A DNA stretch of 64,000 bases from Macrostomum hystrix. Its lineage: Eukaryota; Animalia; Platyhelminthes. The stretch is taken from contig CATNEN010000003.1 of assembly GCA_950097015.1 (NCBI GenBank), positions 10,850,001 to 10,914,000 of the forward strand. The letters are read 5' to 3'. Below are positions 25,372-38,499 of this stretch, piece after piece. The position numbers and the translations under genes are program-made. Within the stretch, counting starts at the first letter, position 1. Every line of letters begins with the position of its first letter. The notes under the pieces were generated by a model. The model did not search any database, was not told the origin of the DNA, and saw nothing but the letters and a program-made list of their open reading frames with translations.

Positions 25372-25872
25372 GCTTAAGTAAGCTTTGGTATGAAAATATC
25401 AAGTATGCTTTCCCTTATTTTTTAATATTTCTGTCACTTTTAAGTTTTTAATAAGTGAAAGTATGGCTACATGCAATTTGTTTTCTATGACAGAATAAAT
25501 TAGTATATGTACTTTTAATTTAGTAAGGAATGTTACTATAATTATGGTAGTCAACCTCTATTATTCCCTTTTTTACATGTCTCTAGTAGTCAAGCTTGAC
25601 CAATACCCTCCCACACTTTAGTCCATTAGTCCATTAGCTAACTTAACCCAACATTACAATCTCATATCTCCAGTCAATCAATAGCCCTAACTCTCTATCA
25701 CTTTTTTAATACCTTAAGTTTTTGTAGAGAAGGATATTTGTTATACATGAAAACGTTCTCTGTAGGGAGCAATTTTTTAATTGGCTAGCATGTTTTAAAT
25801 AAATATTTTTGTTGTAAACCTACATTCTGTATTGAATATTATTTTTTTTCTACTTCGAAATAAGTAGTAACT

Positions 25873-28800
25873 ATGACACGTGAATCGCGAACTTCAATAA
25901 TCCATTTCCCCGCCAACAAAACCAAATCCAACAGCCAATTCATGAAGTTCGGCATGCGAAGCCGCCTAAAACGCGGCCCAACTCGTCTATTAGAATTCTT
26001 CTATGAACTAAGGCGCCCCAGTCCGGGTACTAAGCCAGTCTCTGAGTATCGCTTCTGTCTGCAGGGTGCCAGCAATGTACTAGAGGAATGGGAGAAACGC
26101 ATTGTTGAATACGCTCTACCGAACTGGTATGAGTATGATCATCTGTCAGATTCATTCTGCAGCGTCTTCACAGATATTAATTCGGTGTTTACCTTCTTAT
26201 TTGTGAAATTCTATCGAGACGAAGATAGCCCGAACGGCTTGCGCTGCTTGGCTCTAGTATCGCATCATCCGCTGTTTGAAGTATTTCCTGAACTTCTGCA
26301 ATGCCTATCCTACTATTTAGTGCATGCGGCTACTAGAAATCTAACCCTGATTGAAGAGGCCTTAGCAAAATTGGCCGCTTGCGAACTTGTTAGACCTTTG
26401 GCTAATCTCACCGAACTGACTGGAGTCGTATTTGAGCACACCCAGCTTAGAAGAACAGCGCCGCCTGATGATCAACTGCCCGGCCTCACTCAGTGCAGTC
26501 CTCTGATGGAACTCTTTAATAAGGTTAGCCGATGAAACCATTGCTGGCTTGGCTAGGGGCCATGCGTCTGTCTTCTCTGTGTCTCTGCCTGTCTCTTCTG
26601 CCGTGTCTGTCTTCTCTGTGTTTCTGTCTGTCTCTTCTGCCGTGTCTGTCTTCTCTGTGTCTCTGCCTGTCTCTTCTGCCGTGTCTGTCTTCTCAGTGTG
26701 TCTGCCTGTCTCTTCTGCCGTGTCTGTCTTCTCTGTGTCTCTGTCTGTGTCTCTTCTGCCGTGTCTGTCTACTCAGTGTGTCTGCCTGTCTCTTCTGCCG
26801 TGTCTGTCTTCTCTGTGTCTCTGTCTGTGTCTCTTCTGCCGTGTCTGTCTACTCAGTGTGTCTGCCTGTCTCTTCTGCCGTGTCTGTCTTCTCTGTGTCT
26901 CTGTCTGTCTCTTCTGCCGTGTCTGTCTTCACTGTGTCTCTTTCTGTATCTTGTCGTGTCTGTCTTCTGTGTCTTTTAATCGTGCCAGTCTTACTAACGA
27001 GCGTATTTAATTACCATACTAGCCCAATTATCTAGGTCCTATTTTATGAACAAATATTTATTGTTCGGTTCGTTCGATTCTTGAAATACAAGAAATCCAA
27101 ATATTTGCTTTGGAAAATGAGATTAGAAAATGCTATAAAATTTGAACGCATATTAGGTTTAGCATTGTATCTACACTGGTTTGTGTGCACTAATTACTGT
27201 ATTGTGCTTTAATTCTCAACAACCCTGGACTAGATTGACAGGGAGTCAGGTACACTTTGCCGTTTGTAAATTTTACATTTCGCGTCGCGCATTTTGTTTT
27301 TCTAACAAAAAATCTATTCGCTTTTTTCCGTATGTGTTGCGTTTAATTATAGATTTTCGTTCATTTCGTTCGAGCAACTCATTCTAAGATAGGGTTGTTG
27401 CCCAGTGATTAGACTCTATCCTAGCCTACGAATCAACACTTAAAGGTCGAGGGTTCGATTCCCGACTCCACTAAAACAATTTGCGTCCCTTAGCAAGACA
27501 TAAGCATTGTTTCAGTTTTCCCAGCTGTTAAATGGTTGCCGGCATTAGCTGGGGTTATTGAGGGCGGGTTTGGCGTCTCCAGTCCATGGACTGAACAGTT
27601 GTACGCAGCCTTCAGATGCGGCAACCAGTTGCTATAATGGATCTACTTTGTATTTTTATATATCAAATAGGAAATACATAATATAAATATCGGTTCTTTT
27701 CCTACTCCAACTACTTATAAAGAAAAAGTAGTAAGTAAAGCTCATATATCATCAGAGTTTTAGTAGCACTCAACCAAATCTTCAAACTTGAATCCTTCAA
27801 ACAGATTAGCAGTCCGGACACTCTCCTATTCCTATTATCTGCTATGCTGCTGGAGAAGAAACTACTATTAGTAGGCAAGCGGCTTCGTCAATTGAGCTTA
27901 TCTGTGATTGGCTGCGTCTCTCTGCTCTACCCAATGTCCTGGGAGCATGTATTAGTCCCATCGCTATCAGCCAGCAACATAGATCACATTGGCTGCCTGG
28001 TGCCCTACATATTCGGCCTAGCTCAGCCACTTTATTTGGCTAATGAGAAACAGGTGGATTCTAACTTCAGCGATCCAGATTTTGTTCGAGTGGATTTAGA
28101 AACTGGCGACATATTCATGGCCGAACCGTTGGCTAGCGACAATGGCCGAGGCGGCGAACCAACCCTACCTTCGGCGCTAGTCAAGCTTGCCAAGAAATCT
28201 TTGAAGAGGCTGCAATTACCTGCCGGTAGTAAGCAACAGGCGCCAGTTAATGATGGCCACTTTTCTCAGACATTCCTGCGAGTCAATGCCGAATTATTAG
28301 CCCCGTTCAGGGCCATGGCGATTAAGGGCGAACTATTTAACGCTGAAAACTATCTCAGGCTTAGTCCGGAAGGTTATCACACTTTTCTGCGCAGGTGGGT
28401 CATTGTTGGATCTGTGACAATCCAATTGACCGATGCTTTGATTCCATTCACTGACCGTGAAAATGATCCCATCCACTAATCATCCACTGATCAGGATCAT
28501 CAAAAAAATCCCATGCACTGACCATAAAAATGATCCCATCCACTGACCATCAGAATGATCCCATCCACTGACCATCAGAATAATCCCATCCACTGACCAT
28601 CTGAATGATCATCCACTGACCATCAGAATGATCCCATCCACTGACCGTGAAAATGATCCCATCCACTAATCATCCACTGATCAGGATCATCAAAAAAATC
28701 CCATGCACTGACCATAAAAATGATCCCATCCACTGACCATCAGAATGATCCCATCCACTGACCATCAGAATGATCCCATCCACTGACCATCAGAATGATC

Positions 28801-30497
28801 CCATCCACTGACCATCAGAATGATCCCATCCACTGACCATCAGAATGATCCCATCCACTGACCATCATAATGGCCTTTTTATCTTTATGAGTTACATGAA
28901 ACTACAATGACTGCATCCTACAGACTATTTGAGTCCCAATTGTTCTTGGAATTCGGCGATCGCTACCTGTCCAATCCTGACGATGTTCAGTACCTGCTGT
29001 TCAATCAGGCTGCTGAAGAGGCACTGTTGCGGCGAAGAAATATACCTAACTATCGAGCTATTAAGAAGTCGCTGCTAACCGCTACTGAAGAGGGTGCTAA
29101 GAGGGCGGCCGCTGGCTCGGTAAGGACTTTTAGTGCTTTTGTTATTTTTTCTTTTGCACCGGATGGGATTTTCATCTATATTGCGGATTTACTATATACG
29201 AGAAATTCCCTATATTTTATTTCAGATTTCCCGTCTATTACCATCCATATTAGGGATTTCCCTATTTTATTATGGATTTCCCTTCTACGACGTATATTAG
29301 GGATTTTCCATCTATATTTGGGATTTCCCTATTAAATTATGGATCTCCCTTCGATGTTTGGGATTTTCCATCTATATTAGGGATTTTTATTCTATTCTAT
29401 ATTATGAACTTCCCATCCATATTAGAGATTTCCCATAAATATTAGGGATTTCCTATCTATATTACACATTTACCATCTTTATTAGGGATTTCCCATCTAC
29501 GAATGGGATTTCATATCTACGAGGATTCGGATTTGATATCTAAGATTAGGATATTTCATCTACAAATAGGATTTTAATTTTATAACTGCGATTAGGTTTT
29601 CTGTTTCCCGGATGAAATATTATACTTTCAGATGGGATTGTGTTCAATCTAATGGGATTTCATAACAGAATTTGGGGTTTCCCTACATCCAAGTGGGATT
29701 TCATATCAGCTAGTACGCCTTGCAGGTTTCCACCAGCATTGGTATCATCCTTAATCACCCATAACAACCATCAGGCTATCGCGAAGCGAACCCTGGCTCG
29801 CAATGTCGCCGAAGGTTCCCATCCTAAGCTGGCGCAGCACAGCAAAAAGCCAAATAAGCCTCCCATGAGGCCGCCCGCATTATTCAAAACATCTGTGTAT
29901 AGCTCCGCTGATGTCCTGGACGGCGGCGGCACTGGCGTCAGCGTCGACAACCCCGATTCGAATTCCCCGCCTGTAGAGCTTAGGCCGCGTCCGGCCACCA
30001 TGACTATGGGACTGAGGCAGGCAACTCTGCTTGAACTGCCCAGCCTGCTTAGGAGTGCCGTCAATCCCAATCAGCTGATGTACACCATCGGCGTGGCATC
30101 CGCTGACAAGCCTCAGAGACCGGCTCGGCCTCCGCCGCCGCGTCCTCCGCCTCCATCGACTCTGATAGCATCGGCTACTAACGCCGCCGACACAGACGAC
30201 AATGCCGATGATAGCGATAATAGCGACGACGTCTCTAGCGAGTCTTCTCACGAATTACGCATTAGCTTACACCTGGTGTCGATTTCATCGCCTGTTAGTG
30301 TTGCTCAGCCAACTAATGATTATACCCATGCCGCCTCAGAAGACATCGACCGTACGTTGAAACCTCAGCACCAGCTAATGATCAAAACTAACGGACCTCT
30401 ACCATTGCCTCCGTTGAGTTCGCTGCCAGACGAACTGCCCGGTAGTCCATTGTTGACGCCGAATTTAACAGACAATGATTGTCTAGCTCAGGGGTAG
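25873..30497 (+). CDS. DENN domain protein, DENND1-like Rab GEF. Exons 25873-26523, 27805-28394, 28924-29119, 29775-30497 (start may be ATG 25942 or 25954)
   Basis: DENND1-like N-terminus MRSRLKRGP..LLEFF; FCSVFTD; core MLLEKK...LLYPMSWEHVLVP.L......CLVPYIFG; dDENN FESQLFLEF; Pro-rich tail. Splice phases consistent; last acceptor less certain. Confidence 0.82.
26566..26975. repeat. TC/TG-rich ~39-bp minisatellite in DENN intron 1
   Basis: Units of CTGTCTCTTCTGCCGTGTCTGTCTTCTCTGTGTCTCTGC. Confidence 0.9.
27391..27625 (+). mobile_element. SINE family 2 copy in DENN intron 1
   Basis: GGTTCGATTCCCGACTCCAC...CCCTTAGCAAGACA...CCCAGCTGTTAAATGG...TAGCTGGGG...GCAGCCTTCAGATGCG; colinear with 22470-22660. 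Confidence 0.75.
28449..28866. repeat. 25-bp minisatellite (GAATGATCCCATCCACTGACCATCA) in DENN intron 2
   Basis: Tandem units with a 190-bp internal block duplication. Confidence 0.92.
29160..29710. repeat. Degenerate ~21-bp repeat (ATTAGGGATTTCCCATCTAT) in DENN intron 3
   Basis: Many diverged GGGATTTCCCATCTA units. Confidence 0.7.
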
Positions 30498-31130
30498 GCA
30501 AACTTATTTGCTGGCGGGCCAAAGAGAGAACCTAAAAGACGACAGCGGGCCGCATTGACTGTATAAATATGAGATATGGGAGAGATGAGACACGGGAGAG
30601 ATGAGACACGCGAGAGATTAGACACGGGAGAGATGAGACACGGGAGAGATTAGACACGGGAGAGATGAGACACGGGAGAGATTAGACACGGGAGAGATGA
30701 GACACGGGAGAGATTAGACACGGGAGAGATGAGAGACGGGAGAGATTAGACACGCGAGAGATTAGACACAGGAGAGATGAGACACGGGAGAGATTAGACA
30801 CGGGAGAGATTAGACACGCGAGAGATTAGACACGGGAGAGATGAGACACGGGAGAGATTAGACACGCGAGAGATTAGACACGGGAGAGATGAGACACGGG
30901 AGAGATTAGACACGGGAGAGATGAGACACAGGAGAGATTAGACACGGGAGAGATGAGACACGGATAAGATAAGACAGTGGAGAGATGAGACACGGGAGAG
31001 ATGAGACACGGGAGAGATTAGACCGAGAGAGATGAAACAGGACACTATAGATGTCAGAAGGGGCAACGGGCCGGATTTGGGAGCTTCGAGGGCCGCATCT
31101 GGCCCGCGGGCCGGAGTTTGCCGACCCCTG
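30489..31130. mobile_element. hAT (Charlie-like) MITE carrying an internal 16-bp minisatellite (30578-31040)
   Basis: TIRs CAGGGGTAGGCAAACT / AGTTTGCCGACCCCTG; subterminal GGCCCGCGGGCC; TCTAG-type target duplication GTCTAGCT (30481-88) vs (GGA)CTCTAGCT (31134-41). Confidence 0.85.
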
Positions 31131-32124
31131 GGACTCTAGCTTGATGGGATTAGGGATAGTCCAGAATTAACGAGAGTCGAGGCATCATTAGAGTCTAATT
31201 TGAGACAAACTTAAATGCTAATGTTCGTTTAATATATATTTTCATAAATGTGCCTGATCATCTGATTTAATTTCCTTTAGCTAGCTAAATGTGCTCTATT
31301 TTTTGTTTTATATTTTTAACACTAATTTATGTATTCACTTTTATCGCTACAGCATAAAAAAGCCCACCTGAATAAGATTGCTTTTAAATATCTCTAACCA
31401 CGCCACTGGTGTCATGTCCTACTCCTGATTCGTAATAATCCCAATCAACCTACTAGTAGATATTAATTCGCTAAAACCCGAATAACCTAGGTCGTGATTT
31501 GCTAAAATCCCCTTTTCAGCTTGTCCAGACTCAATCAAATCCCAATTAATCTAGCATTCTAGGTCATGAATCATGATTCAATCGAATGAAACAAAATCCC
31601 AATTAATGTAGGTCATGATTCAATGAAATTCCAATTGACCTTGGTTTTAATTCACAGAAAAATGTGCGAAAACGGACTTTTTGGTACATCTTACTTAATT
31701 GTCATTAACTTTCAGTCCTACAAAAAGTTTTTATGCACTTTTAGTAAACATTTTATCTAAATTTTTATGCACTTCGCTTCCAAGTGCGAAATTTTTTTAT
31801 CGCGTCAACTCAATCCTCAATCTTCCGCAAGACAATTGTTCTATTTGCTTTAAAAAACTTTGTCTATCGGTCTTCTTGTTTATCATCTACAAGTGCCTGT
31901 TTATTTTTTATTACAGTTACAAATGTAACGCATTTTACTACTTTTTTCAACTATTTAACAATCACTGTTTGATGTATTTACTGATACATATTTATTTCAT
32001 TGTAAATTAGATTCTGACTGTGACTAGTAGGATTTTTATTCTTCTCTTTACTATTTTTTATAGAATCTAATTCAAACACACTACATGGTTGAACTTTTAT
32101 TTTCAAATTTCCGCTTATCGTTAC

Positions 32125-32351
32125 CATGTAAAAGGACGACCTTGGGAATCAGCCCACTGTTTTTATTGGGCTGAATTGTCAAATGACAGACAGTCCACTT
32201 CTATGACTGTCACTACTGGATAAAGCCAAAGGAAATATCACGTGATGACTTTTACCCAATCAGACACATGTGACAAAAGAAAGCCACAAGAAAAAGTCGG
32301 GTGGGATCTAATCGGATGATTCCCTCGACCTCAATGTCGTCCTTGTACATG
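32125..32351. mobile_element. Putative ~227-bp MITE
   Basis: CATGTAAAAGGACGAC vs reverse complement CATGTACAAGGACGAC (15/16), plus inner inverted GGGAATCA/TGATTCCC. No TSD seen. Confidence 0.55.
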
Positions 32352-33966
32352 AATCCAAATGATCCTATATGTTATTTAGTTGTAATTCTCGCTACTAGCC
32401 TAGCCTGCTTAATGCATATCATCCTCAACCAGACATCCTTGATGTTGCTCATCCCGTGACAATTTTTATCCAACTTACAGTTAGACTAACTACCTTGCAT
32501 GGTCACACTTTTAGCTTTCATATATTTTTATGCAGCCATATCTTATCAGTATTTCAGTGATGTTTATTGTATAATTGTTTTAAACATCTTTCGAATAACG
32601 TTTTTTCCTAAGCTGCAACCTGTTTAACCTGTAAAGTGCAAGTTTAAAACTTTTGGATTACTCTTATATTCAAAAAACTTTTATTGACAATTAAATTGTA
32701 GCCTCATCGTGAATGAATATAATCTGTCCGTCTCACTATCATTCTGCTTCTTGCTCTCTCTCTCTCTCGTGGATTCCTGCTTAGAAAGATGTACTTCGTT
32801 ATGTGTGCATATCTAGATTGTGATTTCACATTTCAATTAACTGTGAATAGATTAAATACATTATAGTTGTAAATTCGTCGTCATTTTAACACAATTAATT
32901 CCAATACTGATTTATCTGTGTATCGATATTAGCTTTTTTTAAATACAATTAAAGGTCTTTAATTTTTTCTAAAATGACTTCTAGACGGCAGGCATACTGA
33001 TTGTCTTCTGTAATACTGATTGTCATTGCTTATCTTGTCGTTGATTTTTTCATGCTTTTCATCTGTAACTTTACACATAGGAGTGTAGCTTTTAGACGGA
33101 TCAAGTGGTTTGTGTACTAATATCTATTTTATAAATTCAAGGAAAACTCGAGGTAAGCTTATCCTCGATTCGGGTAAAGACTAGATCGTATATGATACTT
33201 TATATTAAGGATTCAAATCGTGGGAATGAAAAAGCTGAAAAACGTACCCAGAATACCCAACCTTTTATATTTTCTACCGACTATTGCATAAAATATGGAT
33301 TATTAACTTCTATATTTGTTTTGTACCAATCAGCCTTACATTATTATAATCTACAAGTAGTACTAAAACTGTTTTTTAATTACATATTTTCAATAATGAC
33401 TTGGGTGCATGTGTTCTAAAACGCTTCATTGTGTACTGCTGCGATCTGGGAAGGGAAGGGAAGGTTCTAAAATTTACGAGCGTATTTATCTGCCGCTGTG
33501 GACTTGTCTTTTTTAGGTTCACCATTCCCAGCGTGTGACCCTGATCTGTTAACACCTTCGCTTTGCTCCGATAACTTTGGGCCGCGGTGATAGGCTAGAG
33601 CCGTTTAGCTTCCGATTTGGGGGTGTGAAAATTTTACGACCTTGGCTTAAAAATTTAGCTAGACCGTGGGAAAGTTTAGCCAGCCGACACCCGCCGCCTT
33701 GTCTTACCACCTCGACTTTGTTTTTATTTTATTGGTTGAGTTTTATGAGCCTCTGCAGACAGAATCACTATCAGCAGACAGTAAAGTGTTGTTTACTGAC
33801 CAATACTGGCCAATGACAATCTTTTTTTAGCTGAGAAAATCCTCACTTTAGTTTTCATCGAAGTAAACTTTTTCCTTTTTGCCATGCCAATTAAAATAGA
33901 GTTTAACCAAAGCTTTTATGGCCGTTAGCTGTGAAAAATAATCTGCTTTTGTGGTGTCCTTTTCAG

Positions 33967-34428
33967 ATGTTATGTCTGGATGCTGTGCAGAAAGCTGCTC
34001 ACACTTCTGCCAATCTCGGTCACGCCTTTCGGATTTTAATTGCCAGCACTAAAGCATTAAAAACAGTTCCATTAAAACTTTCGTGTGGTCTAAAATCCGA
34101 CAGTAGATTCATGGAAGGCAGCAACAATTCTAATGATAAAAGCGAGCTTGCACCAGTGGCATTGCCGCCTGAAGTTAAGAAGGCGCACGAGTCTGCTGTT
34201 AACCGCGGCGAGGAAGCGTACGTCGATCCAGTGACTGGCTATCGAGTATTCACAGAACTGGCTCACAGGAAACGCGGCTATTGCTGTGGACATATGTGTC
34301 GTCATGTAAGGAATTTTATCTATGATTTATTCAAATAGAACTTTTACTTTGCTTTGTTAACAAAATGCATAAACTCCCTGTTTTTATTTCAGTGTCCCTT
34401 CAACCACCAAGCTGTAAAGAAAACCTAA
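33967..34428 (+). CDS. C1orf53/DUF5522-like small Cys-rich protein. Exons 33967-34305, 34393-34428
   Basis: AH..A...G...Y.DP.TGY.VFT..AH.KRG.CCG..CRH|CPF motif, completed across a phase-0 GT-AG intron. Confidence 0.8.
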
Positions 34429-35167
34429 AACTGGACTTTTTCGTAGAAATGAAACCCGGAAGACTAAAGGGCGAAGGAACTTTAAGTACAATTTCTGATG
34501 TTGCATTCTTCTTTTGGAACGTAGATGTAGTTGCACTGAATTAAACTTCCTACAAATGTACTTTGAATGTTAAAATTGATCATCTCGTAGCTTTTGTCTT
34601 TAGTGGTCCTTATAATAGTCTGTTTCAGATTCTACGTGTTTTATTCGACTGCTGAGCACATTGAGCAGTCTGTAATGTTCTTTCTTGTAATGTCGCGTAC
34701 TTGCCAGCGGTTGTGATTGTTTAAATAAGTAATCACGAGTTTTCAAGTGTGTGCTTTTTATATATTACTTTCATTGCGTCTTTCTTAAGTCAATATTGTT
34801 GACTACCAAAGCTCTGCGTAAAAACAAAACATAATAAATGTATTACTTTGCAGTAGCAGGCAACAGTCGTTGCACTACTCATAAATGGTTTAATCAGATC
34901 GTTAATCTGATTAAGAAGTAAATTGACGATAGTTTCGTTTTTTTGTTTTTTCATTATCGGACCATTAAAGTGCTTAAGATGAATATGTAAGTCTTCAGTA
35001 TGCAGTAATTAACATGTCAATTAATTATAATGTAGAAATATCTCTTTATAATATGACATATATTAAGCGTAGCGATTTCCCAAAACAAGGGGTGGTTTTT
35101 TTTTTCTTTTAGAGGGAGTTTTCCACGACTCTCTGACTCTAACCCCCGGAGTCCCTATTTTGTCACT

Positions 35168-35277
35168 CCGCCCACCCAGCGTCTTTCTTGACCAATCACC
35201 GGCGACTTAGCCTCTTAGCCAATAGAATTTGACCTGACTTTGTCATTGGTCCAAGCCTTTATTTACTCTATATTTAA
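35168..35277 (+). promoter_or_regulatory. Core promoter: GC box, three CCAAT boxes, TATA-like element
   Basis: CCGCCC 35168; CCAAT 35192 and 35219; ATTGG 35245; TATATTTAA 35269; about 90 bp upstream of ATG 35363. Confidence 0.6.
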
Positions 35278-35362
35278 GGACACAGGAACTGGATGATCCA
35301 TCTTTTTCATCTCGAACCCACCCTATAGATTTTAATTTTCGCTGTTCGATTGAATCTTTATA

Positions 35363-36579
35363 ATGTATCATCTACTGAAAGGACCGATTCTGCGCATTAA
35401 TGTGTCCAGAGACGACCATAGTCATCTGATTGGCAAAAAGGGAAGCTTTCACAAGCAACTGCAATCCGCTTCCAAGACGCTGATCAATTTCCCGGATATA
35501 GTAAATAAAGGCCGAACTTTTAAAGTGAACGAGTTTTTTAGACACGAAAGTTCCAACACCTCTAGATCTGACGAAGTCATCATCACACCGGCCGAGATCG
35601 AACTGAAGAAGGAGCCGTGCTCCCCCGAAGCAGAAGATCGCCTGGCTGAGACTCTGATTGCTTCTATGCAAAACATCCGGAGAAACCAGCTATTCATCAT
35701 CAGGATTGTCTTTCCCACACTTGCCGGCACATCGGCCGAGATCAGTAATGAGTTGTCCCGAATCGCATCCATGGCTTCATTCGAGTCCATCTCCGTGGCC
35801 GTTGAAAAAGATCCGCCGACTACATTCGTCATCCGAGGAATCATGGACGTCGCCTCCAAGGTTGTTGTCATTGCCGACCTAATTAAAGAGTGCCTTGCCG
35901 GCCAGTTCAACCTGCCAATGTCAAAAATCTACACCACGGATAGGATTCCAGTGCATCATTGGAGAGAAGTTGTAAGGACAGCCAGCAAAGCTATTCCCAA
36001 GAGTTTCAAGATGAACTGCGACGAGACTGCTTTGACGCCCGCCTCGGCGCTAAACGCATTTTTCAAGGACATCGGCATTACTATTGAATTTCAAGACGAC
36101 TGCCTTGTGGTGATTTCCGGTCAAGACCCGACTAAGATTTTGAAGACTAAGCTTCTACTGACTAGCTCGCTGCCTGTTAGCATTCTGATTGCTTATAATT
36201 CTGTCTCTGACAATCTAGCAGACAAGGCTGCCGCTCAAGCTCTAGAAGAGATCTACAATGTTCGAATTCGGACAGACATTGACGGCTCATTCGGCAATTC
36301 GAGCGCCATGTTTGACGGCGATTGTTCTTCAATCAAGCGATTCTTTGTCGGCAAGAAGATCTGCCTGGAGACGCACGAGGCAAACACTTCGGCGCTGTTT
36401 GAAGTGAAGTGGCTTCTATCCCAGAGCAACCTGCAGCAGCTGCTGTCGCTCTGGAATCGAGTTCGCGACCTTTGGCTCAAAGGTGAATCGGATCTGCCGT
36501 TTTATCTGCGCTCACCCAAGCGATTCGCAATGATCAATGGCAATTCTGGCTCGCCCATGCATTCGCCACGCAAGCCAGG

Positions 36580-36620
<41 letters not shown>

Positions 36621-37140
36621 TATCGCCGGCTCGGCCAACTAAGCCAGTAGTGCCAGTGTCAAATTTTCTGCTGATGAATCGTCTGGGACTTGAGCCTGCA
36701 GGTTAGTTTGAAAATGATCTTTAAAAAACTAAACCATTTTAATTTTGACCTATAAAAACAATTTTACATTCGCTCTACAATAACACACAGGAAAGAAATC
36801 TGGTGGCTTGACTGTCAGGACGCCGAGTGTAGAATCAAATCCGCCACGCTTCTGCCAGTTTCCCATCCCAAATCAACAGCAGCAGCAGCAGCAGCAGCTC
36901 ACTAGCATCACCAACCTGTTCAATAGGCACCAGCTAGCCCCAATGCCCATCACAAGTACCACATATGCTACTACTGCTACTAACAGTAGTACTACGATAG
37001 CTAATGCTCACCCGATGGCAGCGACTTTCTACAACCGAAGCCCGGAAATCGGCGTCAAGAATCCAAACGCTGAATTCGACGAAGAACTGGCCGAAAATCT
37101 GCTGGACGAACTGAGGCGAGTAGCCATTTGGAGTTCGTAA
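35363..37140 (+). CDS. Divergent Bicaudal-C/GLD-3-like multi-KH RNA-binding protein, no SAM domain. Exons 35363-36701, 36791-37140
   Basis: LRINVSRDDHSHLIGKKG....LQ..SKTLINFPD resembles BicC KH1, followed by degenerate KH-like repeats and poly-Q tracts. 89-bp phase-1 intron joins in frame. Confidence 0.7.
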
Positions 37141-37519
37141 TTCAGCTTTTTCAAAGGTCGGAATTTGGAACTTATATTGAGGACATTTGCATTCAATTCC
37201 GTTGAAGGCGGTGAAATTATTTCCTTTTTCACTAAACTTTATCATCCTTTTCTCGATATAAAGGTCGCCCAAAATAATTCTAATCGATTTGTTTATTTTA
37301 ACGAATCTGCGAAAGTTTAAAATATTTTCTGTTCTATAACATCCGTCAGGATTTCCAATCGATAACTCGATAAACTATCTCCATAGGATTCGACCAATTT
37401 TTCGATTACTAACATAAAAGTACATGTTCGACTTTTTCATGTAAAATATCCCACACAGTTTTTTCCCATTCCTTTGATCCCCGGTCATTGTAAGATTTCC
37501 CAAACTAAAATATCCTAAA

Positions 37520-37680
37520 AAATCCCAATTTTATTCCCTCTTAAATATCCTAACTAAATCCCAACTGATTTGCCATTGAAAATATCCCAACTAAATCCCA
37601 ATTGATTTCCCAACTAAAATATCCCAACTAAATCCCAATTGATTTAAAAACAAAAATATCCCAATCAAATCCGAATTAAT
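37520..37680. repeat. Degenerate ATCCCAACT/ATCCCAATT repeat
   Basis: Multiple AAATATCCCAACTAAATCCCAATTGATTT-like units. Confidence 0.6.
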
Positions 37681-38499
37681 TTTTATCTAAATTATCATTA
37701 TATATCGATTTCTCAATAGTGGATCCCTCATTAATTTATTTCGCAAATCCACTTCGAATCGCGAATCTGTTAAAAGTACATTTTCATTGTTTTTTCTACT
37801 CGAAGATCCGTTCGTCAGCCGTACTTTTCTATCAGTTTTTATTTCAATCCGCGAATCGATGGCATTGTGTGGAGCGAGTAGAAATTTAATTCTGTTTCGC
37901 CCGAGTTTCTTTGTAAATATTTGTTTGAAATTGTTGCATGAAGTTTTCACTATTTTATCTTTGTATGGTTGTCTAAAAGTACATTTCGTACTGTACTTAC
38001 TCAATGCCGCAATTTCTCTTTTTCTTATTTTACATCAATGCACTTATTTATCATAAAAGCTTCATCGTGTATTTAATCATTTAAATATTTTTTTGTTTGT
38101 TCTCAAATATTTTCATAAACATCAAACAAAATAAACCATTGCCATTGTTGCAAGTTCTTCGTTTTTTTAGTTCGTGTTTTTTCCCATAAAATCACAACTA
38201 ATTCTTGGTTTTCTTTGTTGCTAAATTTTGAAATTGCGGATTCAAAAAAGTTGCTTACAAAAATCTAAGAAAGTAGCGAAATATTGGCGAGAAAAAATGT
38301 TTTTTTAAAATCGACGAATCAGATTCTTCAAAATTCAAAGCTGAGATCCATCGTTCTGAGTAGATATTGGTGTCTAATTCTAGAAAAATCTCACTTAATT
38401 ATAGTTACTTTCTTGGAAATATAGAGTTCTATCTTCCATATCCCAAAAGGATTAAGAGCCATCAAAATATCCCAAAATCTCGGAAGACCATGTTCCATT

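Noticed and set aside
31699-33816. Short ORFs in the AT-rich region between DENN and the C1orf53-like gene
   Set aside because: Phe/Leu/Ile-rich compositional ORFs with no motifs or splice support.
36581-36616. (CAG)n tracts (also ~19208, ~36873, ~55164) as a special system
   Set aside because: Short coding poly-Q runs, common low-complexity features.
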